Source: Phaeosaccion multiseriatum (lineage: Eukaryota; Protista; Ochrophyta, other classes). Taken from it: a stretch of DNA of 64,000 nt. Every line of letters starts with the position of its first letter. The first letter of the stretch is position 1. This document shows positions 11,751 to 24,826 of this stretch, one piece after another. The stretch spans positions 3,596,001 to 3,660,000 of the forward strand of contig OZ218955.1 of assembly GCA_965112735.1 (NCBI GenBank). The letters run 5' to 3'. A program made the translations under genes and the position numbers. The notes beneath the pieces were generated by a model. That model made no database searches. It worked only from the letters and a program-made list of their open reading frames with translations, and had not been told where the DNA came from.

Positions 11751-14700
11751 TTATGTATGCTTGTGTAGGAGCGGCTCTTGCTCCTGCCCCTGCTCCTGTT
11801 CCTGCTCCTGCGTGATGATCGGCGGCTGAGGAGACTGAGGCAACCCTTGCCCCTGCTGGACAGATGGCTGCTGCCGCTGCCCCTCCTGCCCCTCCTGTAA
11901 GAATTGCTCGTACTCTTGCTGCGGCTGCCACGGCTGCAAATCCTCCTCAGGAAGCTGCAAATCATCCTCAGACAATGCTGGTGGCGGTGGAGGTTGGGGA
12001 GGTGAAGGTGGAGCGGACCCGTCCTCCTCAAGTGAAGGTGGTGCTGCCGCCGGCTTCCCGGGGGGGAGGACCGTCGCATTGGGGTTGGCCCACCAGTAGA
12101 GAAGCGCCAGGGCCAACAGCACGCTATCCACACCTGGGGGGTGATCCGAGAGGAAGGGAGAGAGAGATGCATGTGCATGTGAGACATGTAAAAGAACAGC
12201 AGAGCAGAGAGAGAGAGAGCGGAGAGAGAGAAGTCACAGATGGCAGATCAGATGTAAGACGCGATTTCCTCACCCTTTCCCTGCCCTCTCCTCTCTCCTC
12301 TGTGCCCCCCCCCCCCCCATCACAGCTGGCGTCCACCTACCTGCGTATATGTAGAAGGCCCGTGCAGTTCCGAAGCCCATGCTGAGAGCCCCCCCGATCA
12401 GGCTCCCGAGGCTTTGCCCGATGCCCCCGTACACGCCTGAACGGAGGCAGAAGCAGCAGTTGGTGATACAGCAGAAGCAGCAGCAGGAGCGGGAGGAGGA
12501 CACGGGTGGCAATTCAGAGGACGAGTCAGAAGGGACACGCCAAGCCAAGCCAAGCCACGAATGGCAACATACACGGCAGTGTATTGCTAAACACACCCCG
12601 TGGGGCTATCTATCCACAGGCATTGGTTCACCACGTCGTCGTCAGAACCGGCAGAGGGGCTCCAGCTCTTATCTCACTGCTCTCTCCCCCTCCCTCACCG
12701 TTGAGCAGGCCCAGCATGGTCGTTGATAAGCCTTGCGGCGCGATTTGGTGGGCATGGAAGGTACTGGCGGCCCAAAAGCCGGCAAACGTCACCCCCCTCA
12801 GGGCCTCGGCAGGCAGGGCGGCCCAGGGCTGCGTGATGGAAGCATAGATTAGGAAGCGCAGGACGTAGGAGAGGAGGGAGAAGACTAGCACTCCCATCAC
12901 GCTGAGGTGCTGCGTGAGGTGACCGCTGTGAGGGGAGGAGGGAGAGGGAGGGAGGGAGGGGAGGGAGGGAGGGAGAGGGTGGGAGGGAGGGGAGGAGAGA
13001 GCGGGTGGGAGGGAGGGGAGGGGGGCACGTGAGGGAGGAGGACAAGCAAGGAGTCACTTGAAATGACTTTATGAATGAATGGAAGGAATGCATGCATCCA
13101 TAGCATCCACTGCCTTTCTCACCTGAAGTAGAACATGGGTATGCCTGCGAGTGAGCTGATGAGCCTGGACACGCCCATGACGCTGCCGGTGGCCCCGAGC
13201 TCCCTCAGCCTCTTGTAGGCAAAGTTTTCAATGACACCGCTGCTCAGCCCCACAGCGAACACCAGCCCGAAGAAAATCATCACTCCCTGCAAAGACGAGA
13301 GAGGAAGAGAGAAGAGGAGGAGGGAGCAGGAGGCAAAAGGAGAGCAAGGGTTGCAAGGGAGGAGAGGGAGGAAGGGAGGGAGGGAGGGAGGGGGTGACGG
13401 AGGCAGGTCGATAACCTGGACTATACTTTAAAACTGGGGGGGACTCTTCTTCAATTCAAGATGGCTGACCGCACAAGCACCCACCCACACACGCACGCAC
13501 CCACACACGCACCTTGTCCTTGGACAGTATCTTAATGCCCTCTTTGAAGCGAGGCGCCTCCTTCTTGACCTTCTTAGGCTTGAACTTGAGCAGCAGGAGG
13601 AGGGTGGGGATGGAGATGCCCGCATGGGCATAGAAGGCGGCCTTGTAGCCCAGCTCGCTCTTGGTGAGCATGGGACCCACAAGGAAGGACCCCACCCCGA
13701 ACCCACACTGGCCCCAGAGCCGTTGCTTGCCGTACTCCTTCTTGTCATGCAGCATGTCAAGCACACTGCTGTCCAGGAGGGGTCTGACGGGTGCGTTGAC
13801 CACGGCTGTGGGTGTTGGGTAGGGGGGTGGTCAGAGGGGCGTTGGCGGAAGGGTGGGGGGCTGAGAACATGGGGTAAGAGGGGGTACACGGTGCTGTACC
13901 GATGAAAGATAAGTGAGCACTTATAGGGAGTGAGTGATTGAGAGAATGGGTGAGTGGGTGAGTGAGTGAGTGAGTGAGTGAGTGAGTGGGTGGGTGGGTG
14001 GGTGATGTGAGTCAGTCCATCCCATGCAATGAATACATCCCCAAACTGTCTTGTACCTGTAGCAGTGATCATAGCCACTATGAAGACGAAGGACTGACGA
14101 GCCACAAGCGCCACACGGAGGCACACGCTGAAGGAGGGGGAGGAGGGGGAGTAGGGGAGGGGGTTGGGGTTGATACGAGACAGTGGCACCCCACATCCTT
14201 CACTTACTCACTCACTTACTCCGTCACTCATTCACCCACTCACCTACTGACGAAAGTGAAGATGAGTATCTCCCTGAGCCTCCCCGTCTTGTCAGTGAAG
14301 AATCCCCACAGCGGCGACACGAAGAACGTAACGGCAGGGGTGATGGCCCCCAAGCGGCCTGTGATGAGAGTGGAGGAGGAGAGGAGAAGGGGGGGGGGGG
14401 GAGAGGAGAGGAAGAGGAGAGGAGAAGGGAGGGGAGGGGAGGAGAGGAGAGGCATATGGGGAGGTAGGAAGAGGAGGAAGGGAGGCAGAGTAGAGGCGTA
14501 CGGGGAGGAAGAGGGAAGGAGGGGAGAGCGGTGGAAGATGGAAGAAGGGAGGAGGTTAGGATAACAGATTCAACGACGCAGGGGAGAGAGGGAGGGAGGC
14601 TCTGTCCTGGCGCCCCTCAGACCGCACCACACCACACCACACCACACCACACCACACCACGCAGTCACGGCAATAGCAAGCTAACGACCGAGCGAGGTCG

Positions 14701-14995
14701 GCGGGCCGGCGCTGCAGAGTACAGACAGACAACACACAGAACGCCCTTCCAGGCGGGGCTTGCGACAGGAAATCTCTCTCCATCTGTCCCTCCCACTCTC
14801 TCTCTCTCCCTCCCTCCCTCCCTCCTTATCCAACACCTCCACCCTCACCTATCTGCTTATCCTCGATGCCCAGGCTGTGGTAATAGACGGGTAGGTACGG
14901 CATGACCGCCCCCAAGCTGCCGTAGAAGAGGAACAACAGCAGCTTCACCAACGGGTACTTGGGGCGAAAGCGCGCGAGCCTATCTCTAGGGGTCG

Positions 14996-15029
<34 letters not shown>

Positions 15030-15041
15030 CACCAACTGCTG

Positions 15042-15086
<45 letters not shown>

Positions 15087-16121
15087 CATGACAACCTCTG
15101 GCCCTGCTGCTACCACGTGCACTAACGACGATGCCGCTGCTGCAAGGGGGCCTTGGCGATGGTCTTGGTCTTGCCCGGTGCCGTAAGGGCTCTGCTCGAG
15201 ACTGCCTTCTCCTCCTGTGCTGTCCTTCCCCATACTGCCCATCAGAGCCTCTGGCACTACGATAGGAGAAGCAGACACTTCGCTCTCTTCCCCCTCCTTC
15301 ACTGTCGGAGGAGAAGGAGCCTCCACTTCGACTGTTGCGACCAGCGATGGTGGGGGTGGAGGCGGTGGAGGACGCACAGTGAAGCCTTCACTTTGTCCAC
15401 TTTGCCGTGATGGTGCTTGAGCTTGAGGCTCCACACCACCACTACTTTCCGGAGGAGGACTGCCCGATGAGGCCTTCTTTGCCGTCGTCTTTAGCATCCC
15501 TGCTGCTGCTTCTCCTTCTCCGGACTTAAGCCCTTCCCCTTCCCCGCGTCCCCCCCCTCCTCCCCCGCCGGCGCCGCCACGCAGTGCCATCTGTTCTCTT
15601 CTGACTGGGCTCCAGCCAGAGCCCCGCCGTCCTCGCATGGCGTTACCACTGACGACGCTGTCTCCTATTTCCCTACGCGATCCACTTCCGCCGCTGCTGC
15701 CTCCAATACTCGGAGTCTCTCTCCTCCGGCCATTTCCTCCTTGTGGTCCCCCTTCCCCTGCCCTCTCCCTGGTCGACACCCGCAGCCATACCCTCCTCCA
15801 CAGCAGCGCGGTGCCTCTCTCGCTGCTGTCACTGTTACTGTTGCTACTGCTACTGCTGCCGCCACTCCTGCCGTTGCTCGCCCTGCCTGCAGCTGCCCTC
15901 CTCAGGCCCTGCCAGAGGGGAACACGTGCAAGCACCTGGTGCTTCTTCAGCCGTTGCTGCGGCTGCCCATGCAAGCTGAGCGGACGAGCCAAAACCGCTG
16001 CCGTCGCCTCGACCTGGAGAAGAGCGATGAGACCAAGCAGCACGCTCCTACTGACTGCAGCAAGCCGTTGCGGTTGCCGCGGCCTCTTTGGCTTGGGGTT
16101 GGGATTGGGTTGGCACACCAT
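11751..16121 (-). CDS. Major facilitator superfamily transporter (MFSD6/MFS_1-like) with long N-terminal presequence, poly-Q tract and Q/E-rich tail
   Basis: FLFYGSLGAVMPYLPVYYHSLG....QIG, PAVTFFVSPLWGFFTDKTGR, PLLDSSVLDML....EYGKQRLWG, GLSSGVIENFAYKRLRELG, LPAEALRGVTFAGFWAA, IAPQGLSTTMLGLLNGVYGGIGQSLGSLIGG. Confidence 0.88.
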
Positions 16122-16383
16122 GGCTGCCTATCCTTCTCTCCCTTTCTCTCTCTCTCTCTCTCTCCAGCCTGCCTTGCTACCCCCGTGCCTTTGCTTCACT
16201 GCCGCGACAGCACTTCATGCCCCATATCGAAGGCACCCTCGACGGTCTCCTCTGTTTTTTCTTGGACGCTTTGAATTTCTTTGCGAATCATGTCATCGCC
16301 GCGCAAAGGCAGGCCTTGTCTCATGCAAGATTTTGCCACACACAGGGCTGAGAGAGATACAAAGAGAAAAAAACCCTTCCGTC

Positions 16384-16517
16384 ATGAGCCGAAAGAACAA
16401 CATGAGCAAGAGGAGGAAGGACCATGCTGCCCTCATTGAGAGGGAGAAGGAGCTTAAGGCAAAGCAGGACAAGAAGAAGGAGAAGCACGAGACTAAGATG
16501 GCCAAGAAGGTGAGGAT

Positions 16518-16563
<46 letters not shown>

Positions 16564-17104
16564 GCCCGCCGGTGATGACAGAAGCCTCGCTCCCCCCCTC
16601 CGCTCCCCCCAGGCCGTGGCCGCCAAGAAGCGCCCCACACTGAAGAAGGCCAAGAACGCCACTCGCAAGCTGCATGGAGTGCTGCGCAGTAAGGAGACGG
16701 AGGGCTTGGAGAAGCTCGCGGCCAGCAGGACCCTCGCCCTCAAAAGCAAGGTCAAGATGTCCAAGGTGCGATGGCGCCTTAACTTCCCCCCTGTCTATCT
16801 CTCTCTTCTCTACCCCCCCCTCTCTCTCTCACCCCCTTCCCTCTCGCGGCAAAGTCGGTTTGTGCTACAGTACCCCCTTCTCTGTTTTGAGACGTACTTG
16901 CTCCTTTTGAGCTTGACTCCGAGCAAATCCACACCCTCGCCCCCGATCCCCCTCTTCTTTCTCGACTCCCCATCCGTCCGGCCGGGTATCTCCGCATCTT
17001 GCCTTGAACACGACATACCACAGACCATGCAGAAACGGCTGAAGGCCAAGGCGGCCGAGAAGGCAGCGAAAGCAAAGGAGGGGGACATGGACACGGACAA
17101 GTAA
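16384..17104 (+). CDS. Small Lys/Arg-rich protein (~120 aa, 3 exons), function unknown; possibly nucleolar or nucleic-acid binding
   Basis: MSRKNNMSKRRKDHAALIERE...KMAKK | AVAAKKRPTLKK...KMSK | TMQKRLKAKAAE...MDTDK*, joined by in-phase GT-AG introns. Confidence 0.75.
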
Positions 17105-18532
17105 GTCCGCGCGAGTCAGTGACTCACTCGCACTCGCCCTTCGTAGTTGGTCCTTCCGTCGAGGTGACCTTGGCGAACTTGGAGCAGCAGCACCAGCTGG
17201 TATATAAGCAGCAAAAGTGGCACCGGAGTCAGTGGGAAGGAAGGCATGTGGACGACACGTATAGCTGTGCCCCCACGGGCAGCAGCCGTGGCCTGAACAG
17301 AGCGTTAAGGGGGGGGTTGCTCCGGCAGTGCGCTGAAGGCGGGGTACACTGCTTCCTGACACCCGGAGCAGCAGCAGTAGCGGTGGTGGGGATGGCGACT
17401 CACGCGAGGGCGAAGAGAGGGATGGACCGGAGGAGAGAGGAATGGACCGGCGCGAGGGGACGGATGGATCGCAAACGGCACAACACAGCAACTGACGCAT
17501 AAGCGGCTGAGCGTGGTGAGATAGATCAGACCATCGCACCGTAGTTACTCGTGAGGGTGATGGCAATGGATGGCATTGGGCGGATGGCAATGGATGGCAA
17601 TGGATGGATGGCTTCCCTCCATGCCGAGCATTGCAGTGAGCAGGGCGGTGTCCAAGTATGCGTCTGTACAGCAGGGCAGAGGCTCGGGATGGCAGTATTT
17701 CACCGGCACTGGATGGATGGCACTGGATGGATGGAGAGAGCACGGGTGGATGGTGGCGCTCTTGCGTGGCTACATACCTCCGCACCTTCGTTGAAGCGTG
17801 GCGTGGCTGGGGGGACAAGTGGGAAGAAAGAGGGGGGAGAGGCGCCTCTCTCTCTCTCTCCTTATTGGGTATCCCAGCCCCCCCCAAGCTTGGCGCCTGC
17901 GACTTTTCCTCTGGGGGTGGGGGGGGGCAAGACAGACCAACCACAAGGGAGCTTGACTTGACTGCCAGGGAAGGCGGGAAGAGCCCCTTCCTCCTCAGTA
18001 TCTTCGGTGCTTCCAGTGCCCTACTTTTGTGCTTCGGACGAGCTGGCTCTCCTCTTTCACACTGACGCAGGCCGTTGCCCACCCACGGGCCCCCGGCCTG
18101 CGTCGGTGTGATGAAAAGAGCCACAAGCTCGTCTGCAGCACAGAAGCACGCTGAGGGGACATGCTCGACCTTGTCGACCTTCTCGGCCCTTCGAACCTGC
18201 ACTGAAAAGGAAGGCACCCAAGTGGATTCACTCGATTTGATACGCCTCTTACACGCTCATGTTGGAGTCGATTGGCCTGTTCGTTTTGTTCCGTGGTGGG
18301 GCCGTGCCTTTTAACTGATGTTAACATTTGAACAAGGGCTACTCTCACCCTCTATTGTAGTCGTCGGTCTCTCCCCTTTCCCTCTCGAGAAAAGCTGTAA
18401 GGCACCCACCAGTTCGTCTAATTGACACACAAGAGCCCCCACTTATCTGCTTCTCTCAGGGCGGGCCCAAAAGGAACCAACTCCCTAATCTTGCACACGA
18501 GAATGTAAATAGGGGGGAAATTCAAATTCAAT

Positions 18533-21455
18533 TTAGTCCTCCCCGTCGATGAGCCTGTCGTGTTCCTCCTCATCATCGTCATCATCGTCATCATCGTCCC
18601 ACAGAGGCTCGTTCTCTGTCCTCGGCTTGGTGTAGTCGCCCCACTCCCCAATTGACTTGGCATCTCCGTATTTCTGAACCGAGGCACCTTCGAAGGCGCC
18701 GTACGACTCGCCCGACGTACTGTAGCAAGGGAGGAGGAGGGGAGGGGAGAGGAGAGGATATGGGCGTGTATACATAGAGGGAGAGAGAGAGACACACACA
18801 GAGAGAGAGAGACGCACATACACAGGGAGAGAGGGAGGAAGGTGCAAAGAGACGAAAAGGGGGGAGCAAGAGGGAAGGTCGAGCAGAACAGTAAGCAAAG
18901 CAAAGCAAAGCAAAGGAAAGGAAAGGAAAGCAGGGACTCAGAAGGAGGCGAGTGGGGCGGTGTGGACACGTGCAAGTGCACCATGAAATCGGCCCTCGAA
19001 GGAAGGAAGCGACGCTCGGCAACGGGACGAGCGCTACACGATACGACACATCCCATCTGACAGGAGTCCACACCCGACGGCCTTGTCTGACTGCCCGTAT
19101 GCCTGCCTGCCTGCCTGCCCATATGCCTCTACTCATTCTCACATGTGCGGCATCTTCTCCCCCTTCCAATTCTTGGGCCTGGGCAGCGCCACCTTGTCCA
19201 CCACACCGTACGAGACGGCCTCGGCGCTGGACAGGTAGAAGTCGCGCTGCAGGTCATCGGCCACCTTGGGGGGTATGAGGGGGGGTTCGAAGGGGATGGT
19301 AGAAAAGGGTGACGTTCAGGGGGTTATCTCTCCCTCCTTTTCCCTCCCTTTCCCTCCCTCCCTCCCTCCCGTCCCCACGCCGCGGCTCCCCTCTCCATCT
19401 CACACTCTCATCCACTGGCATCCATCCCTCCTTACCTTGTGCTCCGGCTGCCCTGTAATGACCTGCAGGCGCTTTACCATCTCTTCATTGATGCGAACAA
19501 CATTCGCCACCTCCAGCGCAATGTCTGTACACTGGCCCTGGTAAGGATCGTCCATGCCTAGGAGGTGGGGAGACAAAGGGGGGGGGCGGGGACGGGGGCA
19601 GCAGAGGGAGGGGAGTGGAGGGGGGCAGGGAGAGAGTGAGTGAGAGAGAGAGAGAGAGAGCAGAGGGAAACAGGAGAAAGGGATTGCCTCCGGTAGGGGT
19701 GTATACAAAGTGGTACCACACCTCAAAGCAAATACAATGCCATGCTCGCACGCACGCACTCACGCCCTTACTGACCCTACTGACGTACGTACCTTGCTTC
19801 TGCATGAGGAACCTTGCGTTGGGCAGAGCGATTCGCTGTCCTCTCGTGCCTGCAGCAATTAGGAAGGACACGAGGCCCGTCGCCAGGCCCACATTGACTG
19901 TGCAGATGTCGTATGGCACCTGAGGGAGGGAGGGAGGGAGGCAGAGAGGGAGGGACGGGGAGCGGGGGTGATGACACTGAAACTGAAACTGAGCTGGGGG
20001 GGGAGGCTGCCCCATATGACTGGCTGCCGCATGCACAAGACCGGATGATTGCCCCATGAATACCCACATGCCCGCCCATACGCCTGCCTGGCTTGACTGA
20101 CTCACGTGCTGCATGACGTCAAAGAGGGACATGGCGGCGCGAGGGTTGGCGCCGGGGCAGTTGAAGTACAGCTGCACCGTGTTGCGGCAGTCGTCCTAGG
20201 TAGGGCACAGAAACAAGCCAACAAACACACACACACACCCACACACGCGCGGTAGCACCCAGCACCAGAGTGGGTCCAGCAGTAGTTGGTCCAGATCATG
20301 TGAAGATGGGGCAGAGTGGGGGGGGTGGGGGGGATTAGAGAAGAGGGTGTGAGAAAGGAGGAGGGAAGCGAGAGACAGAGATTGTATATCCCATCACAAT
20401 GACCATAACTATGCACACAGGGGACACCCCGCAAGCAAAGAGCAAAAAGGAGGAACAGCCTGACTCATTAGCTGGCCGACTGTCTGGACTTTGCTAAAAG
20501 AGCGAGAGAGGGAGTGTCTCTCTATCTATCAAGTGCGCATCCACCGACCTCACCCACCCTACCCAACTATCCACCCACCCACTCGCCCACCCACTCGCCC
20601 ACCGTACCGTGGTTTCCAAGTAGAGCAGCATGGCAATGAGTTGGTTGGCGTATTGGTTGTCAATGTAGCGGTTGATGATGATGATACGCTCCATCTGCAG
20701 GGACTGGGTCAGCCCCATCCACTGCGGGTAGCGAGAGCCGTCCTTCTGGTAAGGGACCTGGAGAAGGAGGAGGGGGAAGAGAGAGATGGCGGAAGTGAAA
20801 GGGGGTGCGAGAGGGTTGAGAGGGGCAGAGGTGAGAGGGGGTTAGAATGGGTGGGCAGGGGCAGCAATGGGAGAGGGGGGGAGGCGAGAGCCACATGGTA
20901 GAGAGTTCGTATTGTGTGGGAGAGCAAAGCATCCCGAGAGACAAGATTCTTAATGCCCAGAGCATTGCAAGCCGGCGCGCAAGTCGAGGTTTCACGGAGA
21001 GGAGAGGGAGAAGGCGCAGAGGGCGAGGCATTGCGATACGGGACGCTCCAAGGAGGGGGGGCATATCCCGATTCATTGAGAAGGGAGCCGTAGCAGCAGT
21101 AGCAGCAGCTTGGTGCCTCCTTGATTGAACGCATAATTCGTCTGCCTCGACTCGCACTTTCGTCTCGTCCCTCTCATGTTAGCACACTCACCGCTGGCTC
21201 GGTGCTTGGCATTCTAATCTCTCCTCTTCTCCAGGCCATCGACAGTGCCGTATCTAGCGATGACCGCGACCCTTCCTCCCCAGCTCTTCCCCCCAGCCCC
21301 TTTCCTCCTGCCACTCCTGCTGATCTTGCATCCCGGAGTACCCGAGCTGCGGGTGTTTGTACAGCCGCCAACGGGCCCGCCAGAAAGGCACCAATCCCCT
21401 GGGGCTGAAGTATGAGCAGCACAAGCTGCACGAGCAGCACGAAGGCCAACCTCAT
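18533..21455 (-). CDS. clpR: Plastid Clp protease non-catalytic subunit (ClpR-type)
   Basis: Signal peptide ending GAF-L, then ERIIII...ANQLIAMLLYLE, LYFNCPG, CTVNVGLATGLVSFLIAAGTRGQRIALPNARFLMQ, TGQP..KVADDLQRDFYLSSAEAVSYGVVDKV. The catalytic Ser (AASM to ATGL) and His (MIHQP to LMQKQ) are missing. Confidence 0.88.
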
Positions 21456-22820
21456 GCTATCCGGTGCTCCCTGCTCCCTATCTCCCAACCTTTTTTTGTT
21501 TGGGATTGGACTGGCGCAGAAATTGAGCTCGATTTTTAATGTCGAATGTAACATCAAAATGCGATATCAATATAGGTGAGGTGACTTCCTCTCTTTCTCT
21601 CCACACCGAGTACTGTGGCAGTGGGCAAGCTGGCAGGCAGGCAGGTACGACCTCGCAAGTCGTCAAGTTATGTCCCTCGAGGGTCAAAAGAAAGACCTCA
21701 AGAAAGGTTCACGGTAAGAGGTTCAAGGTCGGTCGAACCCTCACCCCCATCCGGCTCTGCTAATCCACAGCATGATCAACAGCTTATCCCCAATGTCTTG
21801 CTCCTTGTTGATATCGATGATGAGTCCACTTCCATCCACTGCCACCCATCCGACCTTGATGTGACGCTTGTGTCGTACTGGACACCCCTCCTCCGTCCTC
21901 TCCCCTCCCCGTCCCCTCTTGTCCAACCGTGGCGGTCCTCTACTCCTCTCCCATTCCTCCCGGAGCCCTCATCGCGCACAGTCCAAAGCCTCCTGTACTC
22001 TCCTCTCCTCTCCTCTCCGGTCCTGTTCTGTCCTATCCTCTCCTATTCCCGGCCTCTCTTGTCCTGGCCTCTCTTTTCTTCTCTCGAGGTTTCAGTGCTG
22101 TGGGGTGGGTGGGCGTTGTCCACCTGAACCGTAGCCTCCACATCGGTAGGCAGTAAGTAGGCTCATTGGTACACCAGCCGAGTGTGCACGTCCTCAACTG
22201 GCGACGTTCGCTGCCGCATCACCAATGGAGGCTGCGCTCCTCCCGTCCGCCTTCACGCGACCAACCACCAACAAGTGAGGGACTAAAGTTGGCGATTCGG
22301 GCACTGGCACTGTCCACAGGATGGGAGGGAGGGCAGGCGTTGAAGGCTCCTACTTAACCCACCCGGGCCACGCTTAGGCTCCACAGAGGTGACTTCTCTC
22401 TCCACGGGAGGGTTGCTGCCATGTGCTGTAACGGCCTTTGTCTTGCCGTCAGCACTGAGCCCAAGGGGCGGGCAGGACTCCCTTCAGCGTTGCCTGTCCA
22501 CCGCTCGCCGCTTCCGCCTTACTCACTCATCACTCCCGCCGCCCCGGCTCCTGACTACCCCTGCGCTGCCAGCCTCCCTCCTTGGCCCCTTGGTTACTAC
22601 GAGGGACGCGGGCCGCCGAGGTGTGGTGGGTGCGTATCGAAGCGCGATACACACACACACACACACACCACACAAACACACTCACACACACTCGCACACT
22701 CACGCGCATCAGGTCAGTCGGGTGGTGAAGAAGAGTCACACCCCACCCTCCTCCCTCAAACCCTCGCCAGGCCTTCTCCATGGTCGCTCCGCCCCTCTCA
22801 AAGGCCTCTCTCAGGCCCTT

Positions 22821-24634
<1,814 letters not shown>

Positions 24635-24653
24635 CTACACGCTCGCTCTCAGC

Positions 24654-24702
24654 GATCAGAAGGGATACTTTATTGATCAGAAGGGATGATCAGCAAGGGG
24701 AT
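24654..24702. promoter_or_regulatory. Direct-repeat motif in the 195-bp divergent DPM1/kinesin promoter
   Basis: gatcagaagggat twice plus gatcagcaaggggat between the head-to-head ATGs at 24631 and 24827. A regulatory role is inferred only. Confidence 0.3.
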
Positions 24703-24826
24703 CTAAAACTCGCATTCTTCCGTTACTTCGCAGCTCGGATGTTTTATACTTCGAAGGAGGTCAGAAGGTAGCAGAGAACAAACAACCTTCGCAGAGGGAA
24801 AGGCTGAAGGCCTCAGCGGTAGAAGC

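Noticed and set aside
16865-18217. 450-aa minus-strand ORF and a GREGRQGR helicase-like word in another frame
   Set aside because: There are no supporting motifs. The ORF overlaps the Lys-rich gene antisense and crosses a gatggcaatg repeat.
21600-22700. Several short ORFs between clpR and DPM1
   Set aside because: No consistent exon chain or domain could be built; this may be decayed sequence.
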